A DNA stretch of 37,585 nt from Nitrososphaeraceae archaeon (GTDB taxonomy: Archaea; Thermoproteota; Nitrososphaeria; Nitrososphaerales; Nitrososphaeraceae): positions 1-37,585 of the forward strand of contig DATFBG010000028.1 in assembly GCA_035253945.1 (NCBI GenBank), given 5' to 3'. A program made the position numbers and the translations under genes. Shown here in pieces: positions 28,921 to 37,585 of this stretch (position 1 is its first letter; each line of letters opens with the position of its first letter). A model generated the notes under the pieces. The model ran no database searches. It saw nothing but the letters and a program-made list of their open reading frames with translations, and was not told the origin of the DNA.

Positions 28921-28943
28921 AATTGCATTTTAACTCCAGGCCT

Positions 28944-30056
28944 TTAGCTCCTCAATATAATTACTGTCGAAGAACTTCCTGCCGCAGCCATATTATGAAT
29001 CAGTCCAGTCTTGCAACCATCGACCTGGGTTTCTCCCGCTCGTCCTGCGAGTTGCAAGGCTATTTCGGCGGTCTGTGCAACTCCTGTGCATCCAATTGGG
29101 TGTCCGCAACCCAGCAAACCTCCCCTCGGGTTAACTGATAGTTGTTGTTGTGTTACAAATTGTCCTCCCTGGCCTTTAGGAGTGAAAAACAAATCCTCGT
29201 AAGCCATGATTTCCATGATAGTAAATGCATCATGTAATTCGACGACGTCTATGTCTCGCGGCCCAGTCTGGGACATTATATATGCTTCTCTCGCAGCTTC
29301 TCGAGTGCTATTCAAGCCTGCTTCTCCTTTGGCCAGCACTTGAGAGAGACTGGCACCAATTGTTTTCTGTCCTATCCCCCTTATCCAAATGGGCATATCC
29401 GTAAGCTCCTTTGCCTTCCTCTTTGAAGCTAAAAGCAGAGCGGAAGAACCAGAGCACACAAAGGAGCAGTCTAGCTTTTTTATAGGATCTGCAATCATTC
29501 TTGAATTCATAACTTCCTCCACAGTCACCGGTTCCCTAAACAGCGCTGTAGGATTCCTAGAAGAATTCCTGCGGTTCTTGACTGACACTGAGGCCATCTG
29601 CTCTTCAGTAGTTCCAAACTTTCTCATATGAGAGCGGGCGAATAATGATGCCCAGTGAACCGGAAGATTAAATGAACCTCTGGTTAAATCCCATTGAAGT
29701 TTTTTAGCTGAATCATTGCTCTCACATTCGGCGCCAATTACTAATACACAATCGCAAAGTCCTGCGGATATCTCACAAAAAGCCGAAACTATTGCTGATG
29801 TCCCAGAATTGCAAAGATTATCTATACGATAAGATCTTTTCGGTTTTATCCCCAACATCTCTGAGATAATGCTCGAAGTATATTGAAGGGTAGAACATGT
29901 GGAAACTATCACCGAATCAATTTCGGTGCGGTCAATGTTTGTTTTCCTAAACATTTCTAGGCCAGGTTTGCAAGCCAACTCAAAAACGGATGACTCCTTT
30001 CTTGTAAATGAGGAGATTTCTGAAGCCACAATAGCAACTTCTTCAGGCATTTCCAT
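28944..30056 (-). CDS. Thiolase (acetyl-CoA C-acyltransferase), archaeal SCP2-like type
   Basis: NLCNSG, ELHDAF, NPRGGLLGCGHPIGCTG, HNMAA. Confidence 0.93.
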   Translation of the reverse strand: MEMPEEVAIVASEISSFTRKESSVFELACKPGLEMFRKTNIDRTEIDSVIVSTCSTLQYTSSIISEMLGIKPKRSYRIDNLCNSGTSAIVSAFCEISAGLCDCVLVIGAECESNDSAKKLQWDLTRGSFNLPVHWASLFARSHMRKFGTTEEQMASVSVKNRRNSSRNPTALFREPVTVEEVMNSRMIADPIKKLDCSFVCSGSSALLLASKRKAKELTDMPIWIRGIGQKTIGASLSQVLAKGEAGLNSTREAAREAYIMSQTGPRDIDVVELHDAFTIMEIMAYEDLFFTPKGQGGQFVTQQQLSVNPRGGLLGCGHPIGCTGVAQTAEIALQLAGRAGETQVDGCKTGLIHNMAAAGSSSTVIILRS

Positions 30057-31038
30057 TAAAAGCAGTGAGGATTTCTCTTATCGATCCTTCAGAATCATCT
30101 TGTAAGGGGTTTATCTGAATTATGGGCAATGAAATGCCAGTCGACATAAATTTGTTGAGAGCTTTAATGCAGTCCTCACGACCACCATAAATGGCTAGGG
30201 AATTCAACATTTTATCTGTCACTAATTTGCTCGCAGCATTTAGCCCGTTAGCATTATATTCGGACGTTATGTCTCGAACTTCGTTTCTAAATCCGTTTTC
30301 TGCCAAGAACTTGTTATAGTAATAACCGACGGCCACATAAAATGCTAGGGTCTTGGCAACCCGGTCTCTTCCTTTTTCGGGATCCCTGTCAGATACGGAC
30401 GTGATAAAAATACAGGCAATTTCAAAGTCTGTCTGCCTACGCCTAGATCTAATAGTTGATACTACCCTCCGAAGTTCATGTTCTGGGCGAAGATAAAGCA
30501 ATATGCCGTCAGCAACTGAGGTAGATAATAAAATCATCTTCGGATTGACAGCAGCAAGAAATATAGGAATATTGTGTCTTTTCGGTTTAAATGCCAATTT
30601 GAAGTTCTTTATTTTACAAATCTTTCCTTCATAATTAACAAGGTCTCCAGTAAGAATTAAGCGTATACAATCAACATACTCTCTCATTCTTTCGACTGGA
30701 TTTTCAAGGTTTGATCCATGCCAATTCTTTGATAAAACAGGAGTACTAGCTCCTAGACCTATTAGCATCCTCTCATTGGAAAGCATATCAACGGTAGCAG
30801 CCGACATGGCAATAGTAGATGGGGGCCTTGAAAAAATACTAACAATTGAGGTTCCAAGTTTAACTCTACTGGTTATTTGAGTAAGTGCCCCAAGTGAAGA
30901 AAATGCCTCTCGCCCCCAAGATTCTGGCACCCAAATGGAATGCGTATTATAATTATTCTCTGCTTGCTGTCCAGCTGATAGCATCTCTTCTGGTGTAGTC
31001 AGAGTTCCCAGACTATAGCCTATGCGTTCTATGCTCAT
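30043..31038 (-). CDS. Luciferase-like monooxygenase (LLM) family, probably F420-dependent oxidoreductase
   Basis: WVPESWGREAF, TSRVKLGTSIV, LIGLGAS, IPIFLAA, ADG pattern of Mer-like LLM proteins. Confidence 0.88.
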   Translation of the reverse strand: MSIERIGYSLGTLTTPEEMLSAGQQAENNYNTHSIWVPESWGREAFSSLGALTQITSRVKLGTSIVSIFSRPPSTIAMSAATVDMLSNERMLIGLGASTPVLSKNWHGSNLENPVERMREYVDCIRLILTGDLVNYEGKICKIKNFKLAFKPKRHNIPIFLAAVNPKMILLSTSVADGILLYLRPEHELRRVVSTIRSRRRQTDFEIACIFITSVSDRDPEKGRDRVAKTLAFYVAVGYYYNKFLAENGFRNEVRDITSEYNANGLNAASKLVTDKMLNSLAIYGGREDCIKALNKFMSTGISLPIIQINPLQDDSEGSIREILTAFNGNA

Positions 31039-31730
31039 GATAGCAGTCTGCTATTCTTTATTTCCCTGCTCGCTTCTTCGATATCCTTATGAGAATCGAT
31101 TGATCGCCAAAAAGATTTCTCGTATTTTATTGCCTTTACTTTTCTATCCTTTATCATCATAGGCAGCGCTGTCATCTCTATATTACCGCTATCCGGTAGA
31201 TATCTAAAGACTTCCGTTTCGAAGTAATACACTCCGGCATTAATCCACCTGTCTTGAATCTGTGGCTTCTCTACGAAGCCTGTGATGTTAGAGCTCTCAT
31301 CTAACTCAATTACACCATATGGACTTCTTAAGGGAACTACAGCTATAGCGGACAAAGTCATTCCGTCTCGTAACATATTCGGGTCTAAATCTGTGAGTAT
31401 ATCACCGTTTACCATAAAAAAACCATCACTTTCTGTTCCTCCCAGAAGGCTTTGCGCGTTCTTAAGAGCTCCTCCAGTACCTAACGGCTCTTCCTCGACC
31501 GCGTATCCTACCTTTACGCCAAACTTGCTCCCGCTACCTATGTAGTCGATTATGTGTTCTTTAAGGTATCCTACACAGATAACAATTTCATCTATTTTAA
31601 ATTTTTTGAACCATTCTATTTGCCATTCTATGATTGGTTGATTCAGAACCTCTATCATCGGTTTCGGTCTTTCATCAGTTAGAGGTCTCAAGCGTTTGCC
31701 TAATCCTCCCGCAAGAATGACTGCTTTCAT
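31035..31730 (-). CDS. Sugar-phosphate nucleotidyltransferase family protein
   Basis: AVILAGGLGKRLRPLT..PKPM, EEEPLGTGGAL, NGD, EKP, INAGVY. Confidence 0.93.
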   Translation of the reverse strand: MKAVILAGGLGKRLRPLTDERPKPMIEVLNQPIIEWQIEWFKKFKIDEIVICVGYLKEHIIDYIGSGSKFGVKVGYAVEEEPLGTGGALKNAQSLLGGTESDGFFMVNGDILTDLDPNMLRDGMTLSAIAVVPLRSPYGVIELDESSNITGFVEKPQIQDRWINAGVYYFETEVFRYLPDSGNIEMTALPMMIKDRKVKAIKYEKSFWRSIDSHKDIEEASREIKNSRLLS

Positions 31731-31812
31731 GATCTTAGCCTACTCTAATTCACGGAAATATCCGCGACTCTTTTCACAAGTAAAGCTTCCTTTTTACTTT
31801 GCAAGTAGATTT

Positions 31813-32370
31813 TCAGTCCCCTTCGTTACGAGAGTAGATATACAAACCATCCAGAAATACTCTCTGGTCTTTTCCCTTTACCTTCGTAGAGGATTCGATA
31901 TTTGCTGCTGTTTGTGACACCTCCTCAAGGCTTGGACCTTCAACGATAACATCGTCCCCGGTTATGTTAACCTTTGTTGCATCACCTACAATATGTGAAA
32001 TCCTAGGTGATCTTTCACCAAAAAAGTTTTCTACGTGTATATCTCTGCCCCTTACTTTAACAGAAATCGGAAAGTGTGCAAAGACTATCTTTAGTTTATA
32101 CCTAAAACCTTTGTCAACACCTTCCAACATATTATTGATAATACTCCTAGTAGTGTTCGATATTGCTAGGTCCCTTTTCCTTTTGCCTGCAGGTCTAATA
32201 GTTATTGTCCTATCAGTCACATCTATGAGGGTCGGCAATTTGCGAAAATCTTTGTTAATAGTACCCTTTCTTCCCGTAACTACTATATAGTACCCTTGTT
32301 TTTTTACGCTGACATTCTCTGGGACCAGCAGTTCTGCCTCGTTTTTACCTCGGGCGAGCTTAGTAGACAT
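31813..32370 (-). CDS. rpl6: 50S ribosomal protein L6 (uL6)
   Basis: AHFPI, NFFGE, KDQRVFLDGLY; cluster position. Confidence 0.96.
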   Translation of the reverse strand: MSTKLARGKNEAELLVPENVSVKKQGYYIVVTGRKGTINKDFRKLPTLIDVTDRTITIRPAGKRKRDLAISNTTRSIINNMLEGVDKGFRYKLKIVFAHFPISVKVRGRDIHVENFFGERSPRISHIVGDATKVNITGDDVIVEGPSLEEVSQTAANIESSTKVKGKDQRVFLDGLYIYSRNEGD

Positions 32371-32752
32371 AACCTATTAGCACCCCTCCAAGGCCTTCTT
32401 TTTGCGCTTCGTGATGCGACATTATTCCTGCGCTTGTAGAAACTACCAGAATTCCCATGCTGTAGGCTGGAAGATATTGGCGTTCCCAATCCAAATACTC
32501 GTCCTTTTTCACACTAAATCGAGGAGTTATAACTCCACACTTGTTAATCTTCGCTAACAACTGTATACGAAACTTCCCTGCGCGTGCATCGTCTATTTGC
32601 TCAAATTCTCCTATGTATCGGTACTTCTGCATAGTGCGCAGTACATCGCTTGCAAATCTGGAAGCCGGAATTACGATACATTCTTTTTTTCTTCTTGTCT
32701 CGTTATTATACACAGTTGTAAATAAGTTGGACAACACATTTAATGCGGGCAT
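32360..32752 (-). CDS. rps8: 30S ribosomal protein S8 (uS8)
   Basis: YIGEFE, INKCGVITPRF, STSAGIMSH, GGVLIGYVY. Confidence 0.97.
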   Translation of the reverse strand: MPALNVLSNLFTTVYNNETRRKKECIVIPASRFASDVLRTMQKYRYIGEFEQIDDARAGKFRIQLLAKINKCGVITPRFSVKKDEYLDWERQYLPAYSMGILVVSTSAGIMSHHEAQKEGLGGVLIGYVY

Positions 32753-32773
32753 TTGGGTATTACCAGACCACCT

Positions 32774-32953
32774 TCACTGATATTTGATAAAGCCCAGGCT
32801 TGAGGCCACTTCTCTAAAACATTGTCTGCAAAGCATGAGGTCATACTTCTGTATTAGCGCAGTATATTGACCACATCTTCTGCACCACCTAGTCCCTTTT
32901 CCGTGTGATACTTGTTTTCTACCTGTTATACTGTATTCTCTGGGCTTAGGCAT
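32774..32953 (-). CDS. rps14: 30S ribosomal protein S14 type Z (uS14), 59 aa, not in ORF track
   Basis: Manual translation [59 protein letters not shown]; lies between rpl5 and rps8. Confidence 0.96.
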   Translation of the reverse strand: MPKPREYSITGRKQVSHGKGTRWCRRCGQYTALIQKYDLMLCRQCFREVASSLGFIKYQ

Positions 32954-33474
32954 TAAACTATTTCAACTCCGAAGGTTTGCTTCAAGAAACTTATTGCATC
33001 TTCTCTTGTTATTCTATGGCTTTTTCCTATGTTAGATTTATTTCTTTTCCTAGAAACTCTATATCCTGGTCTGGCTAATGCCAAACACACATCCATACCA
33101 AAGATTCCAATCTCGGGATCGTATTTAGTACCCGGAATGTCGATGTGTTCATGAATGCCTATTGATAGATTACCGAAATTATCAAACGACGAAGCTTTTA
33201 TGGTATTGCCCTTGGCCGCGAGGGTTCTCTTTAAAAACTCGGCTGCTTTCTCTCTTCTCAATGTGACCATAGCCCCAATAGGTTCACCCTTGTGTATTCC
33301 AAAGTCCCTAATTGTATTCTTAGCTCCACAAACCTTAGGCTGCTGTCCTGTCAGGATGTTCAATGCTCTTTTTGCCTTCTCAACGGGCTCACCCGATCGT
33401 CCAACTCCTATATTTATTACGACCTTGCTAATTGCTATTTTCTTCATCGGAGAGAGTTTTGTCTCCAAACTCAT
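32953..33474 (-). CDS. rpl5: 50S ribosomal protein L5 (uL5)
   Basis: [31 protein letters not shown]. Confidence 0.97.
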   Translation of the reverse strand: MSLETKLSPMKKIAISKVVINIGVGRSGEPVEKAKRALNILTGQQPKVCGAKNTIRDFGIHKGEPIGAMVTLRREKAAEFLKRTLAAKGNTIKASSFDNFGNLSIGIHEHIDIPGTKYDPEIGIFGMDVCLALARPGYRVSRKRNKSNIGKSHRITREDAISFLKQTFGVEIV

Positions 33475-33475
33475 T

Positions 33476-34192
33476 CTAGCTCACCTTAATGGCGGGAAAT
33501 TCTGATGCTACCGCAATTACAATGTCGGCAGGCAACTCTACTAATCTGCCCTCGAGGGATAACAGAACTCGTTTAGGAAGAGAAAATACGCCATCCCGGA
33601 TGTCTTCGACCTTGCCGATTAACCCTGCGTTTTCACCTCTAGTTATTAGTGCGGAACAACCTTTTTCAAGTTTGATGTGAGTCGTGACTTTTAGGTCGGG
33701 AAGACTGACAACACAACTGTCTCCCACATTCATTGGTTCACCTATTGTGATTGTCTTACCGTCATGAAAGCCATATTGTAATTTGCCTCCTCTGTTCATC
33801 ATTTTGTTCTTAATCTTAACGATTTTCAACATTTTTTCTTGGCCAGAAATGCCGACTGGTTTTAGAATGTCGGCGTCTTTTGCTATGAACCGAAATGCTT
33901 CCCCAGTGGGAACAAATTCCAGTACGTCCATCAAACCTATTCCAAAATTGATGTTTGAGCGTATTTTCCCGTCAACCTTTACTTTCTTGCCAGTCGCAAT
34001 TTTCTTAGCTTCTTGCATTGTGCTGCAAACCTTAAGAATGTCTCTTAGTACAACCCCTAATGGGTAGGCAGTGCTCCCAGAATGGGGGCCAGGATGCACC
34101 TTAAGAACAAATCTGCTATGCTTTCTTTCAATTCTCCAAAAGCCTGGGGCCATCTGCCTCTTTAGTCTTGTACGTCCACCTTTGTTTGCCAT
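33476..34192 (-). CDS. rps4e: 30S ribosomal protein S4e
   Basis: LKRQMAP, PGPH, VDGKIR, GLMDV, HDG. Confidence 0.96.
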   Translation of the reverse strand: MANKGGRTRLKRQMAPGFWRIERKHSRFVLKVHPGPHSGSTAYPLGVVLRDILKVCSTMQEAKKIATGKKVKVDGKIRSNINFGIGLMDVLEFVPTGEAFRFIAKDADILKPVGISGQEKMLKIVKIKNKMMNRGGKLQYGFHDGKTITIGEPMNVGDSCVVSLPDLKVTTHIKLEKGCSALITRGENAGLIGKVEDIRDGVFSLPKRVLLSLEGRLVELPADIVIAVASEFPAIKVS

Positions 34193-34611
34193 TATCTTGC
34201 TTTCTCCTTAGTCATTCGCTTTTTTCTCGTTTGCCTTCTAGCTCTCTGAGGGGTCTTAGGTTTTTCTTTGGATGACCGCTCTTCCAATCTCTCTCGTCTA
34301 TATTTGTCATCCAAATTCATATTGGTTATCATGACATTGGAAGAGTGAATCCTGACCTTCACGTTTCCTCCACGGACTTTTTCCCTTTGGATGCCTTCAA
34401 TTGACAAACCTCCAGTCATGATGTCCACAGATTCAACCTTCCCTTCAATTCCATTATATTCTCCCCTCGTCACTCTAACTGTGTCACCTTTTACAACGCG
34501 GCATGATCTAAGACGGTACTGCTGACGCAAGTTATCTACTACGTGAGCCGCTATTGAGCCACTGCGCATGTGTTTTGATATATGAATCAAGTTAGGGTTT
34601 ATTCTTGACAT
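34192..34611 (-). CDS. rpl24: 50S ribosomal protein L24 (uL24)
   Basis: KGDTVRVTRG KOW motif, IHSSNVMI; basic C-terminal tail. Confidence 0.94.
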   Translation of the reverse strand: MSRINPNLIHISKHMRSGSIAAHVVDNLRQQYRLRSCRVVKGDTVRVTRGEYNGIEGKVESVDIMTGGLSIEGIQREKVRGGNVKVRIHSSNVMITNMNLDDKYRRERLEERSSKEKPKTPQRARRQTRKKRMTKEKAR

Positions 34612-34621
34612 ACCTAAAAAC

Positions 34622-35056
34622 CTATATTATCATCGATGCAAGATTTGCTATTCTCGGCCATTTTTCGGCTGCTTCTGCCGCAACAGGGCCTTTTATGTCT
34701 GTTCCCTTGATTTCTCCCTCAGGAGTGACTAAGACAGCGGCATTGTCTTCAAATATAACGCGCAGCCCACTCAACCTCCTAAGAGGATATTTTTGCCTTA
34801 TTATTACTGCCCCAAAGATCTGCTTTCTAAGGTCAGCTTTGCCCTTCTTAACGGTAACTGTTACAAAATCCCCAACAGCAGCCGATGGCATTCTTGAATG
34901 CCTCCCTTTATATCGGTTAACCATAGCTATTTTTAGTATCTTGGCACCTGTATTGTCTGCACAAATTAGAGAAGCAGTAACCGGAAGGGCCCTAGTAATA
35001 TACGGGCGAAATTCTTCTACTCCCTTTGCAGAAACAGCTCTCGTTTTAGCTGCCAT
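34622..35056 (-). CDS. rpl14: 50S ribosomal protein L14 (uL14)
   Basis: CADNTGAK, FEDNAAV, KGPVA. Confidence 0.97.
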   Translation of the reverse strand: MAAKTRAVSAKGVEEFRPYITRALPVTASLICADNTGAKILKIAMVNRYKGRHSRMPSAAVGDFVTVTVKKGKADLRKQIFGAVIIRQKYPLRRLSGLRVIFEDNAAVLVTPEGEIKGTDIKGPVAAEAAEKWPRIANLASMII

Positions 35057-35381
35057 CGACTTTTCCTGCCTCGATGACGGTGAATGAGACAGTCTTTGAA
35101 AGTGGTCTGCACTCTGCTATTTTTACCCGCTGTCCCTCCGTAGCAGATAAACATGCAGGCATATAAGCATGCACCTTAGAGCGGCTTCTCTCCAATCTCT
35201 TATATTTAGCGACAGGGTGTGGATATTCCATTGCAACTACTACCATTTTGTTAGATTTTGAACTTATAACTATACCGTTAAAGGACTTTCCTCTAACAGG
35301 AAGAGACCCATGAAAAACACAAATGGGATCATTACAAGTCTTTCGAGGCGGAGTAACTGATATTCCGATATTTCTGACCAT
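35046..35381 (-). CDS. rps17: 30S ribosomal protein S17 (uS17)
   Basis: CNDPICVFHG, ECRPLSKT. Confidence 0.96.
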   Translation of the reverse strand: MVRNIGISVTPPRKTCNDPICVFHGSLPVRGKSFNGIVISSKSNKMVVVAMEYPHPVAKYKRLERSRSKVHAYMPACLSATEGQRVKIAECRPLSKTVSFTVIEAGKVDGS

Positions 35382-35391
35382 ATTAATCTTC

Positions 35392-35661
35392 TTAACAGTT
35401 TCTTGTGATTCGATCTTCGGGCCTTCCTATTAGCGACGCGCCACTTATAAAACAAACTCCAGAATCAATTGCAAATCCGATCTTAGTGGCATTCTTCTTT
35501 GTAATCATTTTCGTTCCTCGCGGTGTCCTTATCAAAAACGTGTTTTTTGTTTCATTAATAATGTTTCCTGAAACATCTGTCAGCGTCACCGAAGTGTCGT
35601 CTAGGATATGAATATTTAATCCAATGAGCTCATGACATAACAGTGTATCTGCCTTTATCAT
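35392..35661 (-). CDS. rnp1: Ribonuclease P protein component 1 (Rpp29)
   Basis: HELIGL, ETKN, GRPEDRI; canonical position between L29 and S17. Confidence 0.92.
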   Translation of the reverse strand: MIKADTLLCHELIGLNIHILDDTSVTLTDVSGNIINETKNTFLIRTPRGTKMITKKNATKIGFAIDSGVCFISGASLIGRPEDRITRNC

Positions 35662-35867
35662 GGCCTTTTACTCTCTCTTTCGTTAAGAATTGTTAATATT
35701 CTTGCGATGTCTCGTCTTATCCATCTAATACTGCCAGTCTCTTTTTTCAAGGTACCCTTTGCCCGTTCTGATTTCAATTTCAGCAGTTCAGCTTTAAGCT
35801 CGGATAGTTTCTCCCTCAGATCGGTTTGATTCATCTCCTGTAGAACTCTCAACTTGACCCTACCCAT
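35658..35867 (-). CDS. rpl29: 50S ribosomal protein L29 (uL29)
   Basis: MGRVKLRVLQEM...LKAELLKL...IRRDIARILT; ATG 35867 overlaps the rps3 stop region. Confidence 0.93.
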   Translation of the reverse strand: MGRVKLRVLQEMNQTDLREKLSELKAELLKLKSERAKGTLKKETGSIRWIRRDIARILTILNERESKRP

Positions 35868-36594
35868 TTGTACTTCCCTCCGCAGCCAAGGCTCTCTCTT
35901 GTCTTTCTTCAGTAGAAGATGAAATCCTGTTTGTCGATGACATTTCACTATCAGCTACAACGTTGACTTCAGGCTTGGCGGGCAATTCTCCCTTACTGAC
36001 TTGATTATCTACAAGCTCAAACTCCTCTGGAAGCTCATCTCTTTTAGCTATACGCAACTGAACGCCCATTAAACCCATCTTAGTCAATACATGTGTTATG
36101 GCTGTGTCTACTACACGGGAAGCTACGTCTCCACTCTTTGGAATTATACCTGCAGAATGTTTTTCAAAGTGAGCTCGTTCACTACGCAGCTTTCCTGATA
36201 TGGAAACCTCTACTCCTAAAGCTCCGGCGCTCATAACGGTATTGATAGTCCAAAGAGCTGCTCGTCTAAAAGCCGTTCCCCTCTCAATCAGCTGTGCTAT
36301 TCTATTGCACATTATTTTGGGATTGAGTTCCGGTATGGCAACCTCCATAACAGAGATTTGAGGACTACTGAGGCCAAATTTTTGCTCAAGCTTGCTAGTA
36401 AGATCCTTAATCCCTGTTCCCTTCCGTCCGATAACTAAACCTGGTCGAGTGACATATAGGGTGATCCTAGTTCCTATCGGAGTCTTTTGCACATCTACAT
36501 ATCCATACCCTGCGTCCTTCAATGTTTGTGAAAGAAATTCGTCCAGCTCCATATTTCTGTAATTGCTTTTAATAACATTTTTTACTGCACTCAT
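35860..36594 (-). CDS. rps3: 30S ribosomal protein S3 (uS3)
   Basis: KH domain RPGLVIGRKG, AFRRA, ISGKLRSERA. Confidence 0.97.
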   Translation of the reverse strand: MSAVKNVIKSNYRNMELDEFLSQTLKDAGYGYVDVQKTPIGTRITLYVTRPGLVIGRKGTGIKDLTSKLEQKFGLSSPQISVMEVAIPELNPKIMCNRIAQLIERGTAFRRAALWTINTVMSAGALGVEVSISGKLRSERAHFEKHSAGIIPKSGDVASRVVDTAITHVLTKMGLMGVQLRIAKRDELPEEFELVDNQVSKGELPAKPEVNVVADSEMSSTNRISSSTEERQERALAAEGSTNG

Positions 36595-37061
36595 TACCTT
36601 ACCTCCTGGGCAACCAATTCGATGTGTACCAATGTGTCTATTTTTGGGGTAGACCTCCCCATAGCTCTGGGCATAAATCTCTCTAACTTTCTTGCCTTGT
36701 GAACTACAGCACTAATTATTTTAAGCCTGTCTAGATCCATGCCTTTATACTCGGCATTAGATTCCAAATTGTCAAGAAGTCTTAGAAATTCTTTCGTAGC
36801 TTTTTCTGGGAACCTGCCCGCAAAAAAACCGTCTCGAATGTTGGATCTATGGCCAACTTCGTTATTGTATCTTCTATAAGGTATAGCTACTTCTTTTGAT
36901 AGAACTCTCTCAAGGAACTCTCTCGATTTCTCCAGAGACATTCCCTGGATTGCAATTGCGATTTCTCTTGAATGTTTATGAGAAATATCCTTATCCCTTA
37001 TTCTCGCCCTCACATGTCTCAATTTGTCAAAATCTTTAAATGCATACGAGGACTTTCCCAT
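36594..37061 (-). CDS. rpl22: 50S ribosomal protein L22 (uL22)
   Basis: ISHKHSREI, GRFPEKA, NAEYKG, PRAMGR, HIE. Confidence 0.97.
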   Translation of the reverse strand: MGKSSYAFKDFDKLRHVRARIRDKDISHKHSREIAIAIQGMSLEKSREFLERVLSKEVAIPYRRYNNEVGHRSNIRDGFFAGRFPEKATKEFLRLLDNLESNAEYKGMDLDRLKIISAVVHKARKLERFMPRAMGRSTPKIDTLVHIELVAQEVR

Positions 37062-37068
37062 AAAATGC

Positions 37069-37476
37069 TCACTTCAGGGGGACATACAAACTGGATCGAG
37101 AAGAACCTACACCAGGGGCACCATGCTGGACTCTCTTATTTGTGATGGCATATTCGCCTAGATAATGTCCAATCATTTCCGGTCTTATGGAAATAGCAGA
37201 AAACTCCTTACCATTATGTACATTTATAGTTAGGCCAATCATATCGGGAAGAATTATCATATCTCTCATATGAGTTTTCAAAGGCCCTTGCAATTTGCCT
37301 TCCCTAGCCATTTTAATCTCTTCACGCAGCTTTCTTTTCTCATCATTCATATACTTGTCTACTCGCTTGTCAAGTGATCTACGTTGTCTCGAATTGAGAA
37401 TAGGTAATATGGATTCTATAGACGATGATTGTAATTGTGACAAGGAATAACCTTTGAATTTGAATTCACGGACCAA
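37069..37476 (-). CDS. rps19: 30S ribosomal protein S19 (uS19)
   Basis: KTHMRDMIILP, HNGKEF, MIGHYLGE, HGAPGVG. Confidence 0.97.
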   Translation of the reverse strand: MVREFKFKGYSLSQLQSSSIESILPILNSRQRRSLDKRVDKYMNDEKRKLREEIKMAREGKLQGPLKTHMRDMIILPDMIGLTINVHNGKEFSAISIRPEMIGHYLGEYAITNKRVQHGAPGVGSSRSSLYVPLK

Positions 37477-37536
37477 TCAGAATCAGTTATCTCCAGTTAC
37501 TGTACTCCTTTTAAACCTAACTAAGAACATGTGATA

Positions 37537-37585
37537 TTAAACCAGCCCCAACCGTGTAGCAAGCTCTCTTGCTCCGCCTTCAGTC
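37537..37585 (-). CDS. rpl23: 3' end of 50S ribosomal protein L23 (uL23), truncated by window edge
   Basis: Reads ...TEGGARELATRLGLV*, resembling the archaeal L23 C-terminus (A..IA.RLG); only 15 codons are visible. Confidence 0.7.
   Translation of the reverse strand, partial: TEGGARELATRLGLV

Overview
Archaeal core-genome window, most consistent with an ammonia-oxidising Nitrososphaerota/Thaumarchaeota member (inferred from gene content: split methylmalonyl-CoA mutase with MeaB and epimerase, aRF1, S4e, Rpp29, intron-containing tRNA). From left to right it holds branched-chain amino acid genes (ilvB/H, leuA, leuB, ilvC, later ilvD), the mutase module of the 3HP/4HB cycle, nadM, ahcY, a Rieske ferredoxin, cysS, an HTH-CBS regulator, aRF1, an orphan response regulator, a HIT protein, YchF, a truncated asparagine-synthetase-like protein, a bioF/B/A/D biotin cluster, tRNA-Asn, a thiolase/DUF35/LLM/nucleotidyltransferase operon, and part of the S10-spc ribosomal cluster. 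The most notable unexplained signals are: (1) a 125-bp structured element, present twice in tandem and bounded by three 10-bp direct repeats, inserted in the 3' end of nadM, whose removal restores a nadM stop overlapping a hidden zinc-ribbon microprotein; (2) a perfect 27-bp quasi-palindromic repeat upstream of both bioB and a small HTH-like gene, a candidate biotin regulatory system; (3) a non-canonical BHB intron in tRNA-Asn; (4) several CxxC microproteins; (5) a decayed glycine-zipper ORF inside the bio cluster. All coordinates not in the ORF track were counted by eye.
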